From Octopus sinensis (taxonomy: Eukaryota), in the NCBI RefSeq assembly GCF_006345805.1, contig NC_042997.1, forward strand, positions 57,102,001-57,166,000: a DNA stretch of 64,000 nucleotides, in the 5' to 3' direction. The notes under the pieces were generated by a model. It saw only the letters and a list, made by a program, of their open reading frames with translations. It made no database searches and was not told where the DNA came from. A program made the translations under genes and the position numbers. Below are positions 25,011-38,600 of the stretch, one piece after another. Within the stretch, counting starts at the first letter, position 1; each line of letters begins with the position of its first letter.

Positions 25011-25109
25011 TTATCTGTGAGGCATATCCATTGACAATGCTTGGACTATCCATGAGTCACATTTGGAACCTTCTCGAAATTCATCTTTTGTCAACTTGCC
25101 ATCATTGTT
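25011..25109 (-). CDS. NCS1: NCS-1-like last coding exon (99 nt including TAA)
   Basis: Acceptor ttttttag|AAC; [32 protein letters not shown], matching the frequenin C-terminus EFREGSK.D..IVQALS. Confidence 0.94.
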   Translation of the reverse strand, partial: NNDGKLTKDEFREGSKCDSWIVQALSMDMPHR

Positions 25110-25849
25110 CTAAAAAATAAAGATAAAAATATAGATTAATAAATGTTAAAAACAGAAATAACACAACTATTTTATAAAATTTTAGCTTTTTTTAAAATTT
25201 CCAGCTAAAAATTTAAAAAACAGGACATTTAATGCACTACATTTTTACAGACAAACATCTGAATAAAATGTCATCTGCAAGTATACAAATTAAAAATTAT
25301 TTTATCTTACAGTAAGGCAAATAGATTCTGTGAATCAAAGATGTATATTAATAAGTAAATGAACTTCATTCATAACTATGATACCAGTGCTAGTGGCATG
25401 TAAAAAGCACCATCCAAACATGGCTGATGCCAGCAACACTTGACTGGCGTTTGTATTGGTGACACGTAAAAAGCACCAACTGATCGTGGCCGTCTGCCAG
25501 CCTCCTCTGGTCCCTGTGTCAGTGGCATGTAAAAAGGTCCCACTACACTCACGGAGTGGTTGGCATTAGGAAGGGCATCCAGCTGTAGAAACACTGCCAG
25601 ATCAGATTGGAGCCTGGCGCAGCCTCCTGGCTTCCCAGACACTGGTCAAACCGTCCAACCCATGCTAGCATGGAAAACGGACGTTAAACGATGATGATGA
25701 TGATGATGATGATGAATTGAAGGGGTTTCAGCTATAAGCATCCTGTCTTTTTAGGGGTTATTTAATGTGACCTTTCCTTAATAGGGTATGAGAGGTTTTG
25801 GTGCTACTTGTTTGGCATCACTGATTTGATGCTGACTTATTTGCCATCA

Positions 25850-25919
<70 letters not shown>

Positions 25920-25988
25920 AGCATGTTTCTTTATGTGTATAAGATCAGGAGAAACTGTTTATGGCATCATGTTCAATTAATAAATTGT

Positions 25989-26027
<39 letters not shown>

Positions 26028-29000
26028 CTATCTGTATGTGTATATTTCTCGGTATGCATGCATGTGTGTGTGTACCTCCAGGGCCAAAAAGTACTGTTGC
26101 CAAAACATGTTTTATGTCCAGTCATCAGCAGTGACAAATCACCAGCATCCAAGCAGTCACACCCAATCATCTCATTCTGCTTTATTAAAAATTTAAGTGT
26201 TACCCAAGGGAGATTTGACTGCTAGTTTCTAATAAAAGCTGATAGAAAGCAGAAACCTTCTTAACTTTTCTCTTAACAATCTTACATAGAAATATGTGGC
26301 TGTAAGTTTTTAAGGCAATCAATCTATAACAGCTAAGCATCAACATATACATTTCCCAATTCTAAGTACTAATGCCTATGCACATTAAAAACTATACCTA
26401 AGTACTTTTATCCAATAATAATTGAATGTCTTTATTATGCATTACAAACTTTTGAAGTAGCTAACTCAGCTTCTCTTTTGCATCCTATCTTAAAAATATA
26501 TCCATTGTGTAAATTGTATATTTAAAATATTTTGTTCTAGTTTTCCATTTTGATGAATATTGACAATCTTTGTAAATAAATTTATGAAAGAATCATGAAA
26601 CAAAAAAATCATAATGCTAAATGGTTTTCTACTTTCTGTTTCAAGGAATGTTCATAAATTGATTAAAAAGAAACATCCATTATAAGTTTTAAGATTAAAT
26701 GATAATCTTAGGATATAAAAGTAAATAAATTTAAAACATCAGTACAGACATTTGATGAGAGGTGTGTTGTCAAATATTATTTGTTATCTTAAAGTAAATA
26801 ACGCAAATTCACAATAAAAAGTAATTGATGAGATTGGAAATGGTATTTTTAGTCAAGTATTGAAATGAATATGAACAAAATGAGATAAAAAAAGAAGAGC
26901 AATCCTGAATTCTGATATTTATAACTGTATTCACAGTATATTTATTATAAGGATATTATATGAGCTAACATGGTCGCATCTGTGTGATCATTCAACCTGA
27001 TAGAAATAGCAACAAATTTCTATAAAATCACACACCCTATCCTCTTAAATGAAGAAAGGCACATTAAACAATGTTGTTTCTGATATATAAAAGGATGGTA
27101 TGGTCACAACTGGAGCACTTTTGATCAAATGTCTACTGGATTGGGGATAATCTGGTGGTGGTGGAAATAGACAACAAAATTAAATTGAATCTAAGGAGTT
27201 GCAGTATTGGGTTGTCCAGAAAGTTCGTGCCAATTTATAGCAGCTTACCTTTCGACTTATTTTAGAACATGGTTGAGTCCATAAAATAGGATTTGACTAC
27301 ACCTCCATTTAGAGCACAGTTTAAGCTATCTTTTCGTGGAAGAAGGCTTATGTTCCTATAACCTGTGTTAATTCTGTAACCCTTTAAAATGGAAGATAAG
27401 AAAGTTCATTTTCGGCACTTGATGCTTTGGGAACCAGATAAAAATTGCTGCAGCTTGGCTGGAATGTGTTACTCCACCCTCCATATTCACCAGATATTGC
27501 TCCGTCGGATTTCCACTTATTCAGGTCTCTGCAGAATAGTCTTGATGGTAAAAATTTCAATTCCTTGGATGACGTAAAAAGATACCTTGATGAATTCTTT
27601 GCCATGAAACCACATCAATTCTGGGAAGAGGATATTTTCAAGTTAAAGGAAAGATGGAGATACATTGTGCAACAAAATGGTTCATATTTGGTTGATTAAA
27701 AATGTAATGGCAAGTATTCATTGACCTTTTTCTTTCCTTTAAAAATAGGCATGAACTTTCCGTACAACCCAATAAAATCATCTCAAGATGTGGTAACTTT
27801 TCATATCATTTTGTTTATTTTATTTTTTACTAGCTGAGTTTTAAAGAAGAGACAATGCTCATAGAATTTTGTATCTTTCTTCCACCACCACCACTACACT
27901 GATGAGATTGTTGCCATTAATTTCAGCTTAAAGTGTTGGTAGTCAACACCCATAGGGAAGGCATGAGCAAATGGAATTCCAGATGGATTGGAAGTTGTGG
28001 TTAGTGTAGGGTTGAGGGCAGGACGCAACATGGGTGATGAGAAGAGAAAAGGTGAGCGAGTTGGTAATGCCATGTTGAGGTGACATGAGATTGGCTAGCT
28101 CTGAGAAACATACAGGCTATTATAGTAATGGCAGAAAAGAGAAGAGACAGTATACTTGTGACAAGAACCTGGAGTATGTCTGAATACTTTTATGCTAATC
28201 AGTTAAGCAACCTTTCTCCGGAGGCAGTGTTTATAAATGGAAAGATGAGATAGAGAACATCCAAATGCACATTTGAATTATTATCTACTGGTGTACATTT
28301 GAACACTCATATAATTATCAATTTATAATAGGTAGCTCTCCATTTACTCTGGCAACAATTTTATTTTTTTTTATGTTATTTTCAAAAACACTCAATTTTC
28401 GATATTTACATGTATGTATATATGGACTAATATGGCTAAAAATCTAAGGTGATAAATATATCACTCAGAATATCAATGTGCCTTGTAGACATATAATATT
28501 GATTCTGTAAAGAGAAGCAATATCATCAGCTAGATCTTGGTCTTTTTTGTATTATAGCCAGTAACATACAGTGAGAATTGGAATATTAGCAGCACATGCC
28601 AAGAAGAGACTTGAATAAATGAATGAATAGGCAACATCTTAAGACATTAATAAAATCATTCATATGTCACTGCTATTAGCATTGATTCTACTTATTAAAT
28701 ACACCTGACTTGTGTTTTTAAGTATGTAAACCTGTCTATCATTAAGTTACAGGTGCTACTGACATATTTAAGCTGGAGAGCCAGCAATTTTTTGGCTAAA
28801 CTTACATAACTAGAGAAAAATTACAATGTTTTCTTGTAAATAAATATCTATGTAAAACAATGAAATGTTAACAGGATTTTAAAAATTGAGAAGAGATTAG
28901 ATAACATGAAATATAATCCAAAGAGAAAAAAACTTTAGCTTGATGGCATAAAATATTAAGAAAATATAAAAGATTAGTTGAATCAGTTAAATAGTATATT

Positions 29001-29571
29001 TACAAGTTACAGGTTTGAAAAGAATGAAAGCAGTATAGATGAGCTACTGGTACATGTGTGAAATAAGATATTAAACCAACCACATTTCTTTATTATGTAT
29101 ATTATAAAGCATAAATATTAAATTTAATGGGCTGAAATTTTTCTAATTGTTTTTTTATGTTAAATATCATTCTGATGCTTAAAAACAGGTGAGGTTTGAC
29201 AAGAAGGGCATCTAGCCATAGAAAACCTGCCTCAACAAACTGTCTGACCCAGCATAGAAAAATGGACATTGAATGATGATGTGTGTGTTTATATATACAA
29301 GGTAGACAAAAAGTAGGTTTACAGTTATTCAACTATCTCTTTCGCATTCATATATTAACAGTTCAGATCTTAATTATAAAAAAATATGAAACCATTTTGC
29401 TATGCTAATTTAGTTAATTGTAAGATAAAAATTTAAATGTAATAAAATGTTTTAAAAGAAATTTAAAGTGCCTACGTGATAATTGTAAATCTACTTTTGG
29501 GCCACTCTGTATAGATATATATATATATCATCATCATTTAACATCCGTTTTCCATTTCCATGCTAGCATGA

Positions 29572-29662
<91 letters not shown>

Positions 29663-32600
29663 GTAACAACAGATGGATAATGTGTCAATTCACTACAGCT
29701 GTTTCCAACGAATTTTTAATTGATTAATAGAGATGTTGCATCGTTAGAAAAAAAAACATTTTCATCAGGTAAATACATGAACCACAACATTTAGAAACAT
29801 ACAAAATTCAACAGCATGTGCTTGATTCTACAAGCCTTGCTGGTCATGATACTCAGTTGAGTTCATAACCTGAATATCTTTCTGCCTGTACTTTGGTAAC
29901 CACGTATGAATTCATCTTTCTTTGTTGTGTATGCATTTTAATTTTGATTTGCTCCAGTGCCTTACCATTTAAGTACCTGGTTCACTTGAACCCTAGTCTT
30001 TTGTTACACACACAAACACATATATAATCTATTTGTTGTTGTTGATTTTATAGCATTTCATTCTTTCATATGTTTTCAAGGATTCACTCAACATGAAGCT
30101 AGGCTGTGGAATGAATGAAATCTGTTGGTGAAGAGAAGTTTTTGATGTATTAATGTGGGTGTGTCAGAGTTTCTTACCATTCCTCTATAGATTCTGACAT
30201 ATTCAACTCAAATTACAAAAAGATTAAGCAAGTGTTAAAATCAAGCTAATATAATCTATGAAGCAATTTATATGAAAATACATTCTTGTAAATTTTCCTT
30301 ATTCTTTTAATTCTATGGAGTATCCATTCTTATTTTCTATGTTACAGCAGTTGAGCTACTGTTATAAATAAATCAGCATTTTATATATCTAACTCCAGGC
30401 ATTAGGATGGTATACAGAAAATATGCAGTGGAAAATGAAGATAGTTTATACCTGTTCATGAAGAAAAGCTACAGTTATAGCAAGATTTCTTTTATTTATC
30501 TTCTTGAATATAAAAACAAATTCTTTATATGAATAACATTTTGATTTTGAGAAAATTCTGAATTACAGCTGATCAAAAAATTATAAAAGAGAAAAAAGAA
30601 AAATAGGTTTACAAAGAAAAATAAGTTTCAAAGGATTTTCTGTAATGTTATTTGAAATAAATATATAAAAAAAGTGGAGGATAAACTAAATATCATTTTT
30701 TTTTATTCACAGAGAGGGGGTCAAATGGCAGCTGTTTTACAGAAAAGGAAGTGTAATTTCTGCTGGATAAGTTTTCATTCAACTAATGGAATACATTGCA
30801 CCTGCTCTTATGATAACACTTGAAGGTGTTATCGCTATTGAAAACATCTCTTACTGTTCCAAGGATAAGCTATGCATAATCACAAAATTCATTAAAAACC
30901 AACATACAAGAATGAACATGTTAGAATAAATTGAACAATATGTGATTCCTCTGATTAAGCATAGATTATACAGTGGCCACCATAAGCATAGAACCATTAA
31001 GTGATTTTATGAATTTTTGATATTTTCTAACTTTTCAAATAAAATTGTTAATCAATACACACAGTAATATAAAGAAAGCTGTAAATGCTTAAAACAGAGA
31101 ACAAAGGGTTTTATTTTTGTTTTGATAATGCTTTTCATCACCAGTATATTACATCCACTTTTCCATGTTGTGTGGTCATCACAGTCCAAATTAGATCTTA
31201 GTTGGAATTACTGCCCTCCTAGATGGATCAGGAACCATGTTTTGCTCTATGTTTCATTTTTAGCATGGCTTCTAAAGGTGAATACTACTTTACAGAATGC
31301 ACAAAATACATTTTACTGTGGTTACCAGTACTAGAGAGATTGCCTTATCCCTTGCAAGACTGAAGAGTTCTCTACCTTATATTGTTTCAGTTCTTTTGTT
31401 ACCAACTCCCAAAGTGTTTTCACTTAACAAAATATTCCCCCACTCTTTGCATTGTCTGACTCATTCCTTCCTTTTCCATACAAAACAAGGTGGGAAGAAA
31501 ACTAGAGTGAGAAGTTGATATTAGGGAGAGTTTCAAAAGAGAACTAAGGATAAGAGTAAGGTGATATACAGCTACATAAAGGTTATTGGTAAAGAGCTTG
31601 AGCTGAAAAGGGTGATGAAAGAGAGAAAAGGATGACAGAATGTTGTGAGAGAGAGAGGAGTAATAAAGTAGTTACATGATAGTTAATGTTAAAAAAGATT
31701 GAACAGAAGTTCAGTGAAGGAGTGACAAAAAGAAGGAGAGAACAATGGGAAGAAGACAGAACGAGGTAAGACATAATAATGAAAGTAAGAGTGATGGTAA
31801 AGAGAATGCTGAATAGCAATAAAAGCAGCTGATGGTGGAGAAAGACATATTATATAAAAGGTGTAATGAAAGAGAGAACGGTGGTAGGGATTTCCTTCAC
31901 AATTTCCATCATCATTGTTATCATTATTTTGTGTCTGCTTTTCTATATTTGCATGTGTTGGATGGCTCAGCATTTTACTTATTCTTGTGGTCTTTTGTCA
32001 TCGTCTTATGAGGATCACTGTCTTGAGATCGGTTTCACTACCTTATTCTTGGTTCCCTTTCCTCCACAGGTTTCATTCTCTTAGAATACTCGATACTTCT
32101 TATACAATTGACATCCTCCATATGCATCCCGTATCCGTACCAATGCAGTCTTCTCTCTACTTCAGTTTCTGATTTCTTTTCTATCCAGTTTTTCTCTTAG
32201 TTCATTTGTGCGCAAATATTACACATTAACCTTTCCAAATCTTTTGCATTCAAGGTACATATCTCACTACCATGCAGCACCACACATCATATAACATACC
32301 CTTCACTCTGAAAAAGAATACCAATGTTGCTAATAGGAGTAGGAACTGCCTGAACTTTTTCCTTTCCATTCTAATTCTGGAAGTTATGATTTCAGACTAT
32401 CTACCTTCAATGCTAATTAGGTCATTTAAGTAATTAGAGTTTCCAACTACTTTTTGAGAGTCTTCTGAGCATTTGGAATAATTTTACATGATTTCTTACT
32501 GTTTATTGTGCATCTTCATATATGAAATTCCACCATATCTTGAGCATCCCTAATTTACATTGGGTGTACAATACAGAATTCCTACCAACTCCTTATCTAC

Positions 32601-35600
32601 ATAATGAGCAAGGTGACTACCGACTACCCTAATGCCGGTATAGTTCTGTCTTCTTTCCTAACTAAAATTTTTGTTTTTCTTTCTCTGCACTCTCTCAACT
32701 CTAGGTTTATTTTGAAAGCTTTGATCTGACTACATAACTGACTAAATGTGACCAACTTCAGATATTTTCAGTATCTCAGTAACTATCCTTTACTTTTAAT
32801 AAATCATACAAATGTATAAATTTCCAAGAACAGCTAACTCTATATTATCATAGAAAAAAATGAAAATGAACAATATTAATAATTAATATGTATGGTATGC
32901 ATTAGACAATACAATTGTATATTCACATATTTGTGTGTCTTTGGGTTTGTTCCCCACATAACTTGAGTGCTGGTGTTTGTTTACATTCTTTACTTTCCTT
33001 ACATTCCTTACTTTCAACATGTTTTTTCATGTTATGTCCCACTACTACACATCAGTGGTTGTGTGAGTTACAAATAATCGCCACTGTTATATCCCGCATT
33101 ATGACAATATATTTCATCGTCTCTGTGGGACTGGCTCGAACAGAAGAACTTGCTGACTGACATTACTGACTGTGTCAGTCCACTATTTATTAGTAGTGGA
33201 CCAGCCCACTTCTCACCTGGGGGGCATTCACTACAACACCTACCCCCTTTGAGATTTTTCTTTTTTCTCAATACAACAATTTTTTTTTCACTACTTTTTC
33301 TTCTAACCAGAATTATTTTTCTTATTTAGATTTTTTTTCTTGTTCCACATAGAATTATATATATATATATATTTCCAAAAATTACACAGCATTATTATAT
33401 ATATATTTTTCATTTCTACAGTTTTTCCTTTTATCACACTTTTCTCAGCAGAAACTGGATTGGTTACCTGCAAACTTTCATTATCTTTTAAAGTGTTTGC
33501 ATTTGAACAATTCCTCAACAAAGTGTATTCAAGTAGAAAGGACCTTTTCTTGTAACAGATGGCACAGATTCTCTAATTTCAGAATTTTCTACAATGTATT
33601 CTTCACTAGTCACTTCCATCAACATTTCATCTGGAGTCTTTTCAAGGAAGATTTGTTTTGTATCCTCAATTACAGAATGGCTTGCATCTTCTTTGTCCAT
33701 TTTAACTTTCTTAGCAATTGGTTCATTTTCAATTTCAACAGATGATTTCTGCTTACATTTGAAATCTGGTATGGCTTACTTTAAATGTATCGTTGATTCT
33801 TTTTCATTTTTTTTCTTCTAACCAGAATTATTCTTTGTTCCACACAGAATAATTAAATCCTTCGTACAGACTTATTATTTTTTGTTCCCCACAGAAGCAT
33901 TTTTTAAATTCAAAATGCCATAGGTAGTACCAAGTCTACATTATTACTGGTAGTGCTACTACATATAGTGACCTGACTTCAAATGGACTTATTATTTTTT
34001 ATTCCGCACAAAATTATTTTTCACCATGTGTTAGAATTCCAATTTTATCAGACATTCTTTTCTTCAGAAGTTTTTTTTTTTCATATTTTTCACTGTGTAT
34101 ATTACTTTTCACTGTGTGAAGTTCAATTCTGTGTGAACTACAAATCCTCATCGCCACTGTTATGTCCTGCATTATGACTATGTATTTCGTTGTCTCTGTG
34201 GGACTGGCCCAAACAACGTATCTCACTGACTGACATTACTGACTGTGTCAGTTCACTATTTATTAGTAGTGGACCAGACCACTTCTCATCTGGGGGTGTC
34301 CGCCACAACATTTCATAAGTTAACAATGAGCATTTTACTGATTTACACTAAAAATTTGTACTAACCCTTAAAATCTAATCAATATGAATATATTTCTAGG
34401 TTTCAAACAAGAGACTGAGCTACAGGATCTCCTAGTGACAAAACTAAATACCAACAGAAATTATGTGTAACTCTTCCACATAGATCAGAGATTCTCAACC
34501 ATTTTTTTTTAATAGTCTGGTCCCCTTTGATTACCATTTTATTCTGGTAAACCCCCATAGCCATTCACTGTTTAAAAACTAGTTTTATAGATACTTCTTT
34601 CAAAATTTCTATTTCGTTTTTCACATATTAACTTGTGTAGGTTGAACTATGTAAAATGTTAGAGGAAAAAAAACCTAGTTGATTCTTACAATACATACCA
34701 ATACATACATCTTAAGCAAAAATTTTTCAGAGGTCCTTAAAATACTATTGTGGCTCCCAATTTACTGTTTTGTTGCATGGACTCCACTTGAGAACCATTG
34801 ACATAAATCAAATAGTTGCAGTTGTTTTGCATCCAGGCTACATTTGATTGTGCAGATCTATTATCTTAAATGTTCCAGCCACACCACTAATCTATGAGTG
34901 GGCTTACAGTATACAATGTGATATTCCATTTTAAAGATGGTCTGGTAGGATTTGAGAAATATTTTATTGTTATTTCTAGCAAGTCAAGTCACCGTATAGA
35001 AGCTCCCCCAATGGTTCAAAACAGTAGCAGTTATTTGATATAGTCTTATTTTAAATTTCATTAATGCTTTTGTTGCAGTTATTGACTAATTATATCTAAT
35101 TATTCTCATTATATTTGCCCACTTTTCTTTTCCAATAAACATAAGATATTGCTACAAAAATGCATTTAATATAACAGTAAATAACCACAGAAAACAGTAA
35201 CAAAAATAATTAAATGGGGCATACAGAAAATAAACATATAAAAATTATTTGAACACACATACACATGAATTAGTGTAAAGTAACACATTCATACTTGCAC
35301 ACATACAATTTCATTGTAAAAATACTTCTTTTTTTTTTAGCTAGTGCTAGCACAGAAAAGAAATATGCATAAGGCTTAACAAAATATGTTTAAAATATGT
35401 CTAATCTTGTAATAAATGTTAATTAAAATGTTTCAGAAATAATGCAATCATAAATTATAGTCTCTCATTTAATAGAAATTAATTTTGTTTCACATTAAAC
35501 AAAGTAAATAAAGGAAAAAATTTAGCTGTTCTTAAAAACATACCAAATCCATTTGGGCAAATATTTTCTCAACTCTTTTTTCTGGAGTATCTTCATCTTC

Positions 35601-38600
35601 CGGTAAATCCATTAAGTTACCCACCATATTATAAATAGCACCTACAATATCAACCATCTCCTTTTTGGTGATATATCCATCGTTGTCAAGATCATACAAG
35701 TTGAAAGCCCCTAAATTATAGAAGAAAGAAATATTTTACCAATTTAGCTCAAATAAGAAAAATATTCTCCAAAAATCATTTAAAAATGGAGCACATTTTA
35801 TCAAACATGCTTTAATAAAAGAGCTTCAAATCCTTGATTACCCCCCCCCCCCCCACTACCACCACCACACACCTTATATGGTAATACAGGCAAAGCTATA
35901 GTGGAAGTGTCAAAACAACTAAAACATTGTATTCTGGTGTAACAAATATCTGAAAATAAGAAAGATATGCCAACATATTTGAAATGCAAGCTTTTACAAT
36001 TAAAGCAAAAATAAAACCAGCAACTTGAAACACATTGGTATAATATATGTATGTACAATCATATTTAACATGTTCATATACACTTGAAAGTGGGAAGAGC
36101 TTGTGCTTTGTGGAAATAGTCTCAGGTGTAAGTTCTTTTGTTGTGGAAAGATCATTTGTAGCTCATGAAGCTTAAGGAGAATTTTCTCCCAAGACTATAT
36201 CTGTAGCAAAAGGACAAAAAGACACAAGTGTGTAAAATATGATTGTACATGCATGTATTTTATTCCATGCTGCTTTGTGCACCTACAAATAGTTAATTCC
36301 AGCTTGACAAAGCTTTGTGCACATGAGAAAATGTACTACTTGCTGTTCTTATATATATAAGATCAACTGTTCTTACAGGTCTGTGAAGGACTGAATCAGT
36401 ATTCATAACTTGAAGGACAATGATGCAGAAATGCATGCATCTTACAATTGGAGGTAAAGCCTAGTGATGTGTTTTCACACACATCAATGAAAAGAATTTT
36501 CTGCAGAGACTATTTCCACTGTGAAAGGTCTTCTGACATCCAAGTATACAAGAACATGTTCAATATGATTGTACATACATATATTTCATTCAACACTGCT
36601 TCATAATCCTCCAGTTAATTAAACATTAATATAATATATACATACAAACATTAAGTGTCAACACTAATTAGTGGTTAAGATATTTACTCTTAGATCCCAT
36701 TATGAGGTACCTTATGTAAGTATCTTCTATTGTAACATTTGCTTTACAAATACCTTGTGAAGAATTTGGCACTCACACACAAGCACTCATATATATGTGT
36801 GTGTTTATGTTTACTGGTGAATCAAGTTGCATCGCCTCGTCTCAAAAATGTAACTTAGCAACTCATTAATTAGAGGTCAATAAAATAAGTAGTGAAGTCA
36901 ATATGATTGGTTATGGCAATCCATCAGCATGGTTGCAGTCCAATGAGAGAAACCAGTAAAAGAATACACCATCAATCTCACCAACCATCACCCTTGAAAA
37001 TATTCCTTAACATCAACACCAGGAAAGACATCAATTCTAGTACTTAAACAATTCAGTTACATGAGAGCAGATACAACAGTACCACAGTATTTTTATCTTA
37101 AGCAAACCCTGTGAACACATCCATGTAATTCATCTAACAAGCTATAATAATTTCTGGCTTGATACCCTTTCAGCTCTATAAACTTAATGATCATAGTCAC
37201 AAGGCAAATAATCCTGCTAGTTCTTTTGCCATCTGGCTGTCTTCATCACATTCTCACACACCAATGAATAAAACAAAAATACATTCAGAAACTTCAAAAA
37301 AGATCCAGTGGAACCATTTCTACCGAAAGATATATTTACAATTTATAGAATTCAATATTATAATCATAAACATAGATACCTATTTCTTTACTACCCACAA
37401 GGGGCTAAACACAGAGGGGACAAACAAGGACAGACAAACGGATTAAGTCGATTACATCGACCCCAGTGCGTAACTGGTACTTAATTTATCGACCACAAAA
37501 GGATGAAAAGCAAAGTCGGCCTCAGCAGAATTTGAACTTAGAATGTAACGGCAGACGAATTACGGCTACGCATTTTGCCCGGTATGCTAATGTTTCTGCC
37601 AGCTTGCCACCTTATTCATAAACATAGATACCACAATGTTTATGTTCAACAAAATCATTGTAGAAGCATTCAAAATATTTCATAAAGCAACATAAAAAAC
37701 TACAACCTTAAATACAAGAAATAAAATAGCCGACCTAATAATAACTAGCAACAACCTCATATAAAACATGCCAACACTATACACAACAGAAATAAAGTTC
37801 AACATTAAGAAACTAAACAAGGAAATAAAGAAAATAACCATAGAAATGCAGGACATTTTCTTTTTTATCTAATATGAATCTCAAAATAAGCAGTAAAATG
37901 CGATACAAATTAAATGGCAGCATCAACATATTTAACAATGGCCATACCACATTACATTATAACAATAACATCTTCAAAAATAAATGAGTTTAGTTACACT
38001 CAAACAACAAGTAAACTCAGTTATTGTACATGTTCTCAAAATCAATAACCAAAAAGAAGACAACAAAGAAGATGGAAATGCTAAAGACAACACACACTGT
38101 CTACGTAGATCATGACAGAAAAGTAATGAGGAATGTTAAAATCTTAAAAGTACATGGCCTGATAAAATTGCAAGTATAAATCTCAAACAATTGATGTCTG
38201 AAAAACACTATTGTACCAAATAACATCTTCAGGCACACATTGCCAAGTCCCCAGTATAAAGAAACTGAGTAGAATAAAATTTTAAAGTCTAATAAAATTC
38301 AGACTTAAACAGCAACACACAGAACTCATAAACTTCATACAAAACTATGGACATTATACAGCAATGACTGCAACACTTCAGGGAATATAACGAGGGAGTC
38401 TCTTTGTGGCTGTTCAATCTGCTAGAAATCATCATCGTTTAACGTCCGTTTTCCATGCTAGCATGGGTCGGACGGTTCAACCGGGGTCTGGGAAGCCAGG
38501 GGCTGCACTAGGCGCCAGTCTGATCTGGCAGTGTTTCTACAGCTGGATGCCCTTCCTAACACCAACCAGTTCATGAGTGTAGTGAGTGCTTTTTACGTGC

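Noticed and set aside
29490-29512. Tc1-like TIR (ttttgggccactctgta)
   Set aside because: No partner TIR or transposase was found nearby; at most a solitary end.
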